Assembly (NCBI GenBank): GCA_963767585.1
Contig: CAVYEB010000002.1
Coordinates: 2,080,865-2,144,864 of the forward strand
Origin: an uncultured delta proteobacterium
Lineage (GTDB): Bacteria > Desulfobacterota > Syntrophobacteria > Syntrophobacterales > Syntrophobacteraceae
DNA length: 64,000 bases
Direction: 5' to 3'
The notes under the pieces were generated by a model. That model worked only from the letters and a program-made list of their open reading frames with translations, did no database searches and was not told the origin of the DNA. The position numbers and the translations under genes were made by a program. The first letter of the stretch is position 1. Each line of letters opens with the position of its first letter. Positions 1-9,626 of the stretch are shown in pieces.

Positions 1-599
<599 letters not shown>

Positions 600-805
600 C
601 TAAAGGGGAGAATAGGCGAAACAATGAACTTAAACGATTCTTCCGGGTGTTTCAACGATTTTTCTGAAGGCCCCGGGGCGCGATGAAAAGATGGAGGCCG
701 AAAGGATGGTGAAAAACGATGCGAACATGCGCGTGAAAGCGAGTCTTGACCGGTACGCTCATCTCCGGATCATTCCGGTTATGCTGCCGGCTCAAAAGAT
801 ATTGA

Positions 806-826
806 CTCCTCAGTCCTCAGTCCTGT
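806..826 (-). repeat. GGACTGA heptamer array just downstream of the arsS-like gene
   Basis: ctcctcagtcctcagtcctg. Confidence 0.9.
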
Positions 827-835
827 CTTTTACGG

Positions 836-1789
836 TCACGCCGCAACAATGCTCCCGCCTCAAGTGAAGCCCGAGCCTGCGGTGCAGGCGTAGCAATGAT
901 CGCCTGTTACGATGGGCCTACCCTCTAAGGACATTTCGCGGATTTCAGAGATGTGTCTTTTACGGCCGCCATGGTGAAGTCCGGCCGCAAGGTTGAAATC
1001 ACAGTCGTAGAGAAATCCCTGCCAATCAACCGAAAGGGTGGTCCTGCACATCAATTGATCGATGGTACAGGGATTGAAGCTGTCTTCGAGTCTTTTTAGA
1101 TAGGCGGAGAGATTTCCGGAGACTTCCAGCCAGTTGCGGAATCGCCCGAGAGGCACATTGGCGAAGGTGAACAGGTTGGTGAAACTTACACCGTGTTTGC
1201 TTTCGAGTTCACGCCTGAACATGCGTTCCGCCTGCGCCTGCGCGGGCGGAAAGAAAGCCCCGGTCGGATTGGCTACAAGATCCAAGTTCAGCCCGGCGCC
1301 TTCCATCGCGTATCCATTGGCGTTCAGCAACTTGAGTGTCGAGATGCTCTTCCCCCACACTCCGGCCCCTCGCTGCGAATCTGTCCGGGGAGCGCTGGTC
1401 GATGGCAGAGAAGCCACTATCGTTACGCGGTGGCGCTTGTAAAGGTCGATCAGATATATAAATTCGGGGCGGGAGAGGGCGACCAGATTGGTGCGCACTA
1501 TCAGCTTGGGCGAAAGGGGTGCAAGTTCGGAAACAAGCCTTGGAAGGCTGGGCAGGAACTCAGGCGCGCCGCCCGTTATATCGAAGGAGGCGAACGAAAA
1601 ACGGCGGGCGCATGCGATGACTGCTTCGAGCGTCCGATCGTCCATCATCTCAGGCCGTGAAGGCCCGGCCTCCAGATGACAGTGGCGGCAGGCCAGATTG
1701 CATCTGAACCCCACGTTTATCTGCAAAACGGCCGCATTAACCCGCCGCAATTCCAGTCCGTGATTGTCAAGCTTTTCCCTGAAAGTCAT
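836..1789 (-). CDS. arsS: radical SAM/Cys-rich domain protein (ArsS-like); predicted selenoprotein with UGA 860-862 read as Sec and true stop at 836-838
   Basis: ORF 860..1789 has the CNLACRHCH radical-SAM box. It ends HCYACTAGSGFT-TGA-GGSIVAA-TGA, and the Cys forms of this family have Cys at that C-terminal position (recalled motif CTAGxGSSCGG). Confidence 0.75.
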
Positions 1790-1792
1790 CTC

Positions 1793-2125
1793 TCACATCG
1801 AAAGCTTTTCGGCTATCTTTCGCATCTGCACGCCATGCGCCAGTGACGCGCCTCCACGTATGGCGTTCGTAACGTGGATCGCTTCGGTCATTTCATCGAG
1901 GTTCGATCCCTTCTCCAGGCACGCCACAGTGTAGGCATCGATACAATAAGGACACTGAACCGCATGCGCCACTGCCAGGGCGATGAGCGCCTTTTCCCGT
2001 TCCGTCAGCGCCCCGTCTGCGAAGACCGCTCCGTAATAGTCGAAAAACTTCTTAGCCAACTCGGGAGCGCTTTTGCCGATTTCTTCGAATTTTGCCAGGT
2101 CTTGCGGGTCGTAATAGGTTTCCAC
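1793..2125 (-). CDS. AhpD-like / carboxymuconolactone decarboxylase family protein (peroxidase-like partner of ArsS-type genes)
   Basis: CPYC motif within ALIALAVAHAVQCPYCIDAY. GTG at 2123-2125 lies 7 nt after AAGGAGGA. The stop is 3 nt from the arsS-like ATG. Confidence 0.8.
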   Translation of the reverse strand: METYYDPQDLAKFEEIGKSAPELAKKFFDYYGAVFADGALTEREKALIALAVAHAVQCPYCIDAYTVACLEKGSNLDEMTEAIHVTNAIRGGASLAHGVQMRKIAEKLSM

Positions 2126-2350
2126 TAGTCTATCCTCCTTTTGACGGCCGGGTCCCATTTTACCACAAATTCTCTGCCCGGCGACAGAGTGTTTTGTATT
2201 CTCTCTGCAGGCTCCGGGACCGGGAACAGGGGTTTACCGAACCGGATCGGCCAAGTCATCGAACCCAATAGAAAAGCCCGCGTCAAACGGCGCGGGCATT
2301 GCTAACGCTACGAGCATTTACATGAGCAAAACTCTCATGCTCAACGCATC

Positions 2351-2432
2351 ATTCATCAGAAATTATTTGCTAATCACTATTTATTAATCGCTACTTGATA
2401 TCACTATTCATTAATCACTAATTACTATTCTT
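2351..2432 (-). repeat. AT-rich TAATCACTA-type word array immediately after the dsrP stop
   Basis: ttgctaatcactatttattaatcgctacttgatatcactattcattaatcactaattactattc. Confidence 0.85.
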
Positions 2433-3590
2433 CTATGCTTTCAGTTCTTCTTTGACCGAAACGGCAATCTTGTAAAGCACGGTCAGGACGAAGAATCCGG
2501 TTGCCCAGATCCCGAGTGCTATCATGATCTCAAGCAACCTGGGCGAGTATTCGCGAACCTGGTCGAGCGGGTTTGGGATGAAGCCGGCCACGATGAGACC
2601 GACGCCTTTTTCAATATACATGGAAAAGAAGACGCAGACGGAGGCGGCGAGGAGCATCCTGTCATTTTTGCGAATGTCCGGGTGCAGGAGCAGCACTACC
2701 CCGGCTATTGCAAGTATGGCAAACAGCCACGAAAGCGGGACAAGTTTGTGATGGCCCTCAAGTCCTACAAACAGGTACTTGAGCGCGTTCATATGGTCCG
2801 GAATATTGCTGTAAAAAGCCGTAAAGAACTCCAGACCCACGAAGAAAACACTTATCAGCATGGCGTATGTCATGATCATCGACAGCTTGTCGATGGCTTC
2901 CTTACCCGGATCGAATTTGGTGTACTTTTTCACCAGGAAGGAAAGCATAATGAGCAGCGCCGGACCGGAGCAGAAAGCTGAAGCGAGAAAGCGCGCAGCC
3001 ATGATGGCGGTAAGCCAGTAATCTCTTGCCGGAAGACCGGCGTAGAGGAATGCCGTGACCGTGTGAATGCTGACCGCCCAGGGGATCGAGATGTAGATGA
3101 GCGGCTTTACCCATTTCGGGTAATGGGTCCCCTTGCGCTCGGCCTCCAGCACGTTCCAGCCAATTAGAATGTTCAGCAGAAGGTATCCGTTCAAAACGAT
3201 CATGTCCCAGAAAAGGATCGAATTGGGCGTGGGATAAATCAAGACGTTGAGCAGGCGCATCGGCTTGCCAAGGTCCACCACGATGAACATGAGACACATG
3301 GTGACGGCAGCTATGGCGAGAAATTCGCCCAAAATGGTAATTTTGCCAAATGCCTTCACGTCGTGCAGGTAATAAGGCAGCACGACCATGACCGCCGAGG
3401 CGGCCACACCGACCAGAAAGGTGAACTGGGCGATGTAGATCCCCCAGGAAACGTCCCTGCTAAGGCCGGTGATCGTAAGACCCCTGTTCCACTGGCTGAG
3501 GTAGGCGATAAAACCGAGCCCCATGAAGACGAGCAGGACCCCAAGCAGTTTTTTGTATCTTGTGCCTCCAGTAAGTGCTCTTTCAAGCAT
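2433..3590 (-). CDS. dsrP: DsrP, NrfD/PsrC-type integral membrane subunit
   Basis: 385-aa polytopic membrane ORF, last gene of the dsrM-K-J-O-P order. Confidence 0.85.
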   Translation of the reverse strand: MLERALTGGTRYKKLLGVLLVFMGLGFIAYLSQWNRGLTITGLSRDVSWGIYIAQFTFLVGVAASAVMVVLPYYLHDVKAFGKITILGEFLAIAAVTMCLMFIVVDLGKPMRLLNVLIYPTPNSILFWDMIVLNGYLLLNILIGWNVLEAERKGTHYPKWVKPLIYISIPWAVSIHTVTAFLYAGLPARDYWLTAIMAARFLASAFCSGPALLIMLSFLVKKYTKFDPGKEAIDKLSMIMTYAMLISVFFVGLEFFTAFYSNIPDHMNALKYLFVGLEGHHKLVPLSWLFAILAIAGVVLLLHPDIRKNDRMLLAASVCVFFSMYIEKGVGLIVAGFIPNPLDQVREYSPRLLEIMIALGIWATGFFVLTVLYKIAVSVKEELKA

Positions 3591-3610
3591 ATCCCTGTCT
3601 CCTTTGGAGA

Positions 3611-3693
3611 AGGCAAAAGTAAAAAGTAAAACGGCAAAATAGAAAAACTGATGATCTCTCCACTTTTACCTTTTACCTTTTGCCTTTTTACTT
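3611..3693. repeat. GGCAAAAGTAAAA word-hairpin in the dsrO / dsrP spacer
   Basis: aggcaaaagtaaaaagtaaaacggcaaaa - 23 nt - cttttaccttttaccttttgcctttttactt. Confidence 0.9.
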
Positions 3694-4474
3694 AAATGAT
3701 GTAATAGACGCCGGGCTCGGTTCCCAGCTCGGGTTTGCGCCTTATTGAAAACTGTGAAGCAAGGGCTTTTCTAACATCGGAATTCGGGTCTTCCAGGTCG
3801 CCGAATGAAAGCGCCTTGCATTTGCACGCCTCGACACACGCGGGAATCTTTCCAACCGCAAGCCTCTCTTCACAGAAGCTGCACTTCTCGACAACCCCCC
3901 GGTCCCTGGTTGGGAAGGTGGGGTTGAGCTCAGTTTTGATATATGGACGCGGGTCTCTGAAATTGAAGCTCCTGGCGCCGTAAGGGCAGGCGGCCATGCA
4001 ATACCTGCATCCGATGCAGCGGTGGAAATCCATCATCGTGATCCCGTCGGCCCTCTTGAATGTGGCCTTGGTGGGACAAACCCGCGTGCAAGGGGCATGA
4101 GTGCAGTGATTGCAAAGCAGGATGAAGGGTTTCTCTCTTATGGATTCGGGTTCCATGCCGCTTTCCTGCCCGGGGAAGACGTTCTCATACTTCGCCTCCC
4201 AGATCCACTTGATCTCTTCCTTCTCGGTGCCGATATCCGGAACGTTGTGGGTCGAATGGCAAACGAGCAAACAGTCCTGGCAACCCGCAGGTCCTTTTTC
4301 CCAGCACTTCTTCATGTCAATAGCCATCGCCCATCGCTTGGCGGTAAGGCCCTGGACATTCAATACGAACTTTGGCGCTTCGGTTTTGCCGAATGCATCG
4401 GCTGCCTTCAAAGATCCCAGTCCAAGCGCGCAAACGCCGCCGATTTTCAGAAAGGTCCTTCTACTGGTTTCCAT
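3692..4474 (-). CDS. dsrO: DsrO, periplasmic 4Fe-4S ferredoxin-like subunit with Tat signal
   Basis: Start trimmed to METSRRTFLKIGGVCALGLG (twin-arginine). Multiple CxxCxxCxxxCP clusters. The ATG overlaps the dsrJ TAA (TAATG). Confidence 0.85.
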   Translation of the reverse strand: METSRRTFLKIGGVCALGLGSLKAADAFGKTEAPKFVLNVQGLTAKRWAMAIDMKKCWEKGPAGCQDCLLVCHSTHNVPDIGTEKEEIKWIWEAKYENVFPGQESGMEPESIREKPFILLCNHCTHAPCTRVCPTKATFKRADGITMMDFHRCIGCRYCMAACPYGARSFNFRDPRPYIKTELNPTFPTRDRGVVEKCSFCEERLAVGKIPACVEACKCKALSFGDLEDPNSDVRKALASQFSIRRKPELGTEPGVYYII

Positions 4475-4977
4475 TACTTGTTCTCCTTTCCAAAAGTGGC
4501 GAAAAGCGACGAATGGGAAGCCGGAAAAGAACGGTTTTCGACCGTTGCTTTCTGCTCCGCGCTCCCTGGTTTTTCGCTCGGAGCTATATGGCAATTCCAG
4601 CAGTAAGGATCGGCTCCCTTTTCGAGGCCGGCGTAGTTATGGCACTGGTCGCAGAATTGAGACTTGTTGGAGTGACACTTCATGCACTCGTTCTGAAGAC
4701 TCATTTCATAGGTTTTGCCGTCGCCTGCCACATACATTCTCTTGCCGTTCCGGACAACCTGTGTTCTCCAGTCGTTCAGAACCTTCATATGTTCGGTGAT
4801 CATCTGGTCTTTTGGCAGCACGCACTGCTTGTTGATCATCTTGCTGATCACCGGAGTATCGATCTTGGGGTCCGGCGGCGGAGCGGCCTTGCCGTGAGTG
4901 AACCATACCGGGAAAGTTGCCAGCACGATGAAAACGATCAGGCCGACAAGGATATATTTTCCGTCATATATCTTCAT
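4474..4977 (-). CDS. dsrJ: DsrJ, membrane-anchored triheme cytochrome c
   Basis: Three CxxCH motifs (CMKCH, CDQCH, CWNCH). Start MKIYDGKY follows GGAGGA. N-terminal anchor helix. Confidence 0.85.
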   Translation of the reverse strand: MKIYDGKYILVGLIVFIVLATFPVWFTHGKAAPPPDPKIDTPVISKMINKQCVLPKDQMITEHMKVLNDWRTQVVRNGKRMYVAGDGKTYEMSLQNECMKCHSNKSQFCDQCHNYAGLEKGADPYCWNCHIAPSEKPGSAEQKATVENRSFPASHSSLFATFGKENK

Positions 4978-6583
4978 TCTCACTATCCTCCATTCCTGGC
5001 AAAGGCTCACCGCGCAGGTCGGTGGTCCTCTCGGTTTCGCCTTCCATCACCATGGCGTTGGCCACCAGTTCGTGAACTCCGTAGACGGTTACACCCGGGA
5101 CCCAGTAATCCATCGAGGCGGTAAGCACTGCACGGTCGATTGCGCAAATGGTCGCAAGCGCGTTCACGCCGTGCTGCTCACGAACGTGGCGTACTGCATT
5201 GGCCCGGGGCAATCCGCCCCGCATTCTCATTTCCATGAACTCGTCGTTGTTCAAGCCCGACCCCGAACCGCAACAGAAAGTCTGTTCCCGGATCGTGTTG
5301 GGCGGCATCTCGTGGAAGTTGTTGCAAACGTTATTGATCACGTAACGCGGTTCTTCAAGAAAGCCCATGCCGCGCGCAGTGTTGCAGGAATCATGGTAAG
5401 TCACTACCAAATTATCGTTGCGGCTCGCGTCGAGTTTTAACTTGCCGTTTTTTATCAGATCGGCCGTAAACTCCACGATGTGAATCATTTTGGTGGACGT
5501 GGCGTTGTCGAACCTGGTGCCGGTAATGGGAGATACGGGCACTTCGAGAAAATCCGCAGGTCCGTTCATCGTATCCATATACTGGTTTATTACACGCCAC
5601 ATGTGGCCGCATTCACCGCCGATGATGTATTTTACGCCCAGCCTTTTCGCTTCGGCGTACATCTTGGCGTTGAGGCGCTTCATCATCTCGTGAGAGGTAA
5701 AAAGGCCGAAATTTCCGCCCTCGGACGCATAGGTGCTCCAGGTGTAATCGAGCCCCATCTCGTGGAAAAGCATCAGGTATCCCATAAGAGTATAAGTGCC
5801 GGGATCTGCGAAAACGTCACCCGAGGGAGTGACGAACAGGATCTCGGCCCCCTTGCGGTTGAAAGTCGGCTCGCACCGTATTCCGTTGACCGCCTCGATT
5901 TCATCTACGAAAAACTCGATCATGTCCTTGAATGCGTGAGGCTGAATGCCGAGGTGGTTGCCGTTTTGATAGCAATTGGCCACCGGGCCCACGACCCAGT
6001 CGATGTTCAGGCCTAAAAGGTTCAAAAGTTCCCGGCCGATAATCGTAACCTCCGCCGTATCGATTCCGTAGGGACAGAAAAGCGAGCAACGGCGGCATTC
6101 CGTGCATTGGAAAAAGTACATGAACCATTCTTTGATCACGTCTTCGGTAAGCTCGCGGGCGCCAACCATTTGGCCCATGATCTTCCCGGCAAGAGAGAAA
6201 TTCTTGCGGTAGACCGACCTCAGAAGCTCAGCCCTGAGCACGGGCATGTTCTTCGGGTCGCCCGAACCAAGGTAGAAGTGGCACTTGTCGGAGCAGGCGC
6301 CGCATCGCACGCATATGTCCATGAAAAGTTTCAGCGAGCGGTATTTGTCCAGCCGTTCCCTCAGGCCTTCCAGAATGATTTGTTTCCAGTTGGCAGGCAG
6401 TTTCCAGTCTTCATCGAGCGGAGACCATTCCCTGGGGTTTGGAAGTCCGACGACTTCCAGGTTCTTCGCTTTTCCGGGATAGCTGAAATTTCCAGGCCGG
6501 AACACGGCCGGAGTGTCCATCCATCCGCTTTGGGGAAATGGATGTTCTATTGGTAGTTCGGTTGCTTTGGGGATCTTGGCCAT
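4964..6583 (-). CDS. dsrK: DsrK, HdrD-like iron-sulfur (CCG domain) catalytic subunit
   Basis: 539 aa with CxxCxxCxxxC clusters and C-terminal CCG-type Cys motifs, positioned between dsrM and dsrJ. Confidence 0.88.
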   Translation of the reverse strand: MAKIPKATELPIEHPFPQSGWMDTPAVFRPGNFSYPGKAKNLEVVGLPNPREWSPLDEDWKLPANWKQIILEGLRERLDKYRSLKLFMDICVRCGACSDKCHFYLGSGDPKNMPVLRAELLRSVYRKNFSLAGKIMGQMVGARELTEDVIKEWFMYFFQCTECRRCSLFCPYGIDTAEVTIIGRELLNLLGLNIDWVVGPVANCYQNGNHLGIQPHAFKDMIEFFVDEIEAVNGIRCEPTFNRKGAEILFVTPSGDVFADPGTYTLMGYLMLFHEMGLDYTWSTYASEGGNFGLFTSHEMMKRLNAKMYAEAKRLGVKYIIGGECGHMWRVINQYMDTMNGPADFLEVPVSPITGTRFDNATSTKMIHIVEFTADLIKNGKLKLDASRNDNLVVTYHDSCNTARGMGFLEEPRYVINNVCNNFHEMPPNTIREQTFCCGSGSGLNNDEFMEMRMRGGLPRANAVRHVREQHGVNALATICAIDRAVLTASMDYWVPGVTVYGVHELVANAMVMEGETERTTDLRGEPLPGMEDSENEDI

Positions 6584-6610
6584 TGTGGTTGTAACTCCTC
6601 ATTCAGGGGG

Positions 6611-6674
6611 CAGCGGTCAGTCTTCAGTGGTCAGGGTTTTTCCTGTCCACCGGCCACAGTCCACTGGCGGCTGA
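6611..6674. repeat. GGTCAG/CAGTGG word-hairpin in the dsrM / dsrK spacer
   Basis: cagcggtcagtcttcagtggtcagg gttttt cctgtccaccggccacagtccactggcggctg. Confidence 0.8.
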
Positions 6675-6676
6675 TT

Positions 6677-7696
6677 TCAATTTTTTGCTGTAGCCTGAGA
6701 TTCGTCCAATTCCTTTTCAACGGGCAGTCCGGCCTCGACCATCTTTTCCCTGAAATGGTCTTCGTACTCAGCGTATGTATGGACTTTGACCGGGTAGTTC
6801 CAAGGATTTATGTGACGCCTCATGCGGGTGTCATTTGGAAGATTGCGCGTGGGACTGAGAAAGACCCCTCCCGCGTGCATCAGCTTGCTGAAAGGAAAGT
6901 AGGCAAACAGAGCGCTCACCAGGAAAAGATGGATGAAAAAAACCACTCCGATCCCCTGCGGGACCACCGGATTGAGTGTAACGATCCCCATGGCAAGCTG
7001 CTTCACCTTGATCAGGTCGACCTTGGTAAAATAGCGGGTAAGAATCCCCGTCGTTCCGATTGCAAGGAGCAGGAAGAGGGGAAAATAATCCTGCGGGAGC
7101 GATATGTAGCGCACCTGCGGAATGATCAACCTTCTGACCAGAAGATAAGTTACCGCTGCAATAAAGATCGCGTCGGTGATGTAGATGCCTGGCAGCCCAA
7201 CCTGCAAAATGCCGTCAAGCCTTTCGATACCATGAACGAAAAAGGGCACGGGCTCGGTGAAAAAGCGCAGATGCCTGATCAGGATCACAAGGAAACAGTA
7301 ATGGAAGGCAAGCCCAGCCAGCCAGAGCCATTTTTCCCACTGGTAGTAGAATTTGGGTCCTTTTTCCATCTCGAACTTTGTGTTTCTAAAAAGCGAGCGG
7401 AATAAGAGCACCTCCAGGAGCATTCTGCCTACGACCTGCCCCTTGGTGGAAGGGTTGTCAAATTTGCTGTAGGGTATCCAGGGCAGAGACTTCTGCTGGC
7501 CGGCCGTTGTGGGGATCCCGAATGGAACAGGTGATCTTGCCCACTTGAGGACCCTGTAGACTATGCCGAAGAGGAAAAGTGAAATGGCAATGCACGGCAT
7601 GGTCACACCGAAAAAGTGCTGTTGGCCGACCTTGACTCCGAAAAAAGCAGCCAAAACGAGCGCAACGACTACAGCTAGAGAAAATCTTATGCCCAT
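6677..7696 (-). CDS. dsrM: DsrM, NarI-like dihaem cytochrome b membrane subunit
   Basis: 339-aa membrane ORF, first gene of the dsrMKJOP order. Confidence 0.85.
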   Translation of the reverse strand: MGIRFSLAVVVALVLAAFFGVKVGQQHFFGVTMPCIAISLFLFGIVYRVLKWARSPVPFGIPTTAGQQKSLPWIPYSKFDNPSTKGQVVGRMLLEVLLFRSLFRNTKFEMEKGPKFYYQWEKWLWLAGLAFHYCFLVILIRHLRFFTEPVPFFVHGIERLDGILQVGLPGIYITDAIFIAAVTYLLVRRLIIPQVRYISLPQDYFPLFLLLAIGTTGILTRYFTKVDLIKVKQLAMGIVTLNPVVPQGIGVVFFIHLFLVSALFAYFPFSKLMHAGGVFLSPTRNLPNDTRMRRHINPWNYPVKVHTYAEYEDHFREKMVEAGLPVEKELDESQATAKN

Positions 7697-7717
7697 TTAC
7701 GAAACCTCCTGTAGAGA

Positions 7718-7810
7718 CAGTGAAGGGTGATGAGTGACGGGTGAAAAGGCACATCTAAGGACATGTCATATTCTGCTCACCCCTCACGGTTAACTCCTCA
7801 CTCTTCGCCA
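7718..7810. repeat. GTGAGG/GTGAAG word-hairpin between the small helical gene and dsrM
   Basis: cagtgaagggtgatgagtgacgggtgaaaagg ... ctgctcacccctcacggttaactcctcactcttcgcc. Confidence 0.85.
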
Positions 7811-8310
7811 GCAATCATCCCGGCCCTTTTGAGAAGCCTGTTCGTCCTGTTTTTCAGCTCATTCATTCTTACTTCGAAAAGATTTTCACGACAGCGCGAA
7901 TACACGTCGAACGCAAGCAGAGCCAATCCGTCGACTTTGTGGTCGAAACCGGACAACTCTTCCCGGCTCACCGTGCCGGCCGCCGTCTCCTTTTCGAGCA
8001 GGTCCCTGGCTATTTTTTTCAGATGGAAAATGAACGCCAGGGAACTCGATGGAGAAAAATCCTGTACCGCCCTGATCCTGATCACCTTATCGAGCAGGGG
8101 CGTTAATGCCTGCAAGCTGTTTTGACCCAAAAATTCATCAAGTATTTCGTCGATCGCCACAAGGAAAGTGTGTCCAACCGGATTGGCGAATTGGTTGGTC
8201 TCTTTTTTGAGCAATCGGACCGTTTCAAGGGGATAACTTGCAGTCAGCAGATCAAACCATTGCCTGGCAAGTTGCTTTTTGTGTCCCAGAAGGTGTTGTT
8301 CTATAGCCAT
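7798..8310 (-). CDS. small cytoplasmic helical protein, RsbRD N-terminal-domain-like, upstream of dsrM
   Basis: Start trimmed to MAIEQHLLGHKK, preceded by AAGGAAAG. The domain assignment is from memory of proteins found upstream of dsrMKJOP. Confidence 0.5.
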   Translation of the reverse strand: MAIEQHLLGHKKQLARQWFDLLTASYPLETVRLLKKETNQFANPVGHTFLVAIDEILDEFLGQNSLQALTPLLDKVIRIRAVQDFSPSSSLAFIFHLKKIARDLLEKETAAGTVSREELSGFDHKVDGLALLAFDVYSRCRENLFEVRMNELKNRTNRLLKRAGMIAGEE

Positions 8311-8740
8311 GCTTTCCTTGGGCCTCCCGCATCGGCATGCAATCGGCCCATTCTCATTACGGTCCCGCAAATAGCGCGAATTGCAAGGATATCACTTCGT
8401 TCGAAGAGCGAAGGCTTAACCCCGCCACCCCGAAAGGTCAACGGGAAAGATAAATCATCTTGTTAGGATTGCCAGTGCATGCCTGAAGAGGAGCGGCGGG
8501 GGATATGGAACTTTCACTCAGCAGCGTGGAAACTAATTAACGGCCGACACCCTGACCAGCAATTACACGAGGAGGTCAAATAACACGAACCAACAGGCAT
8601 TTCAACAACTAATCGCACGGCAAGCCGCGTGAGAGTTTGGGGAAAAATGGCCGCTGAAAACCCAAAGGCGCCCACGAAACGACGCTTTCTTTTAAAGGCG
8701 GAAAGTTATGTGGCGGAAATTGTGAACTTTTATCATCCTA

Positions 8741-8768
8741 TTGCGCTCAATGTCTGTAGTGCTATAAT
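8741..8768 (+). promoter_or_regulatory. sigma70-like promoter (TTGCGC-16 nt-TATAAT)
   Basis: Read directly: ttgcgc 8741-8746 and tataat 8763-8768. Confidence 0.4.
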
Positions 8769-8854
8769 CTCTCGAAACAGGTCTTCTAGATATGCGCCTA
8801 TGAGGTCGGGCCGTTATCCGCGACTGTCAAAAAGATGATAAAGGAGTTGGGCTG

Positions 8855-8980
8855 ATGGCCCTGCATAAAGACTTTCCCGGCTCTCCCCGTGCAATTCTCG
8901 ATCCTTCCGTCCATTTGTTTCCAGCGGAGTCGCTACCAACATCAAACTTTAACCCAACGCGCCCACGAAACGACGTTTGA
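8855..8980 (+). pseudogene. 41-codon relic resembling the N-terminus of type III restriction Res / DEAD-box helicase proteins
   Basis: AAGGAG-N9-ATG, then MALHKDFPGSPRAILDPSVHLFPAES..., which resembles the recalled N-terminal pattern MALHxxFPxSPxxILDPxxRWFPA. It stops after 41 codons. Confidence 0.3.
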
Positions 8981-9026
8981 CAGGCTCAAAAATTTCAAAT
9001 TCTTAACCATCTTAGAGGACCGGCCG

Positions 9027-9626
9027 TTGATCAAACTAAAAGGAATTCACCACCTGGCCATGGCAACCAGGGACATCGAAGGCACCATTCGCTTCTGGCG
9101 CGATCTGCTGGGCATGAGGCTGGTGGGGGGACTCGGGAAAAAGGGCTACAAACTTTATTTCTTTGAAATCTGCCCTCAAAATTATGTGGTTTTTTTCGAA
9201 TGGCCCGACGTTGAGCCACTACCGGAAAAAGATCACGGCTTCCCGGTTTCAGGTCCAATGGTCTTTGACCATGTGTCATTCGCTGTAGAAGACGATGACT
9301 CTCTTTGCTCGTTGCGTGAAACTCTCGCCGCTGCCGGCTTCTGGGTCTCGGACCTGATCGACCACGGCATTATCCATTCGATTTATTCCTTTGATCCAAA
9401 CGGGATCGCAATAGAATTCAGCTCGCCGGTGGAAGGGATCGATCTGGGGGTGGTTCCTACTCTTGTCGACAGTTCGCCGGCTCCGGCCGCGCTGGAGGGT
9501 CCGGAGCCGGTGGCTGGAGTTTGGCCTGAACCATCGGGGGAGAGCGTCCCGGACGCCGACTGCCGGCTGTACCCCGGTGAAGGGGAAGACCTGGTGAGCG
9601 GCTCGAAAAAGAACTGGTTCACATGA
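9027..9626 (+). CDS. VOC (glyoxalase/bleomycin-resistance/dioxygenase) family protein
   Basis: KGIHHLAMATRDIEGTIRFWRDLLGM is the typical VOC beta-alpha start. No ATG lies upstream, so TTG at 9027 (after AGAGGA) was chosen. Confidence 0.7.
   Translation: MIKLKGIHHLAMATRDIEGTIRFWRDLLGMRLVGGLGKKGYKLYFFEICPQNYVVFFEWPDVEPLPEKDHGFPVSGPMVFDHVSFAVEDDDSLCSLRETLAAAGFWVSDLIDHGIIHSIYSFDPNGIAIEFSSPVEGIDLGVVPTLVDSSPAPAALEGPEPVAGVWPEPSGESVPDADCRLYPGEGEDLVSGSKKNWFT

Noticed and set aside
4022-5124. Long plus-strand ORFs (194, 229 and 250 aa) across dsrO and dsrJ
   Set aside because: They are antisense to well-supported dsr genes. Their sequences are Arg/Ser/Pro-rich and nonsense-like.
8440-8500. Sigma-54 promoter upstream of the dsr operon
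   Set aside because: CTGGCAATCCTAACAAG on the minus strand has the TGGCA element. It lacks the TTGC element at the correct spacing.
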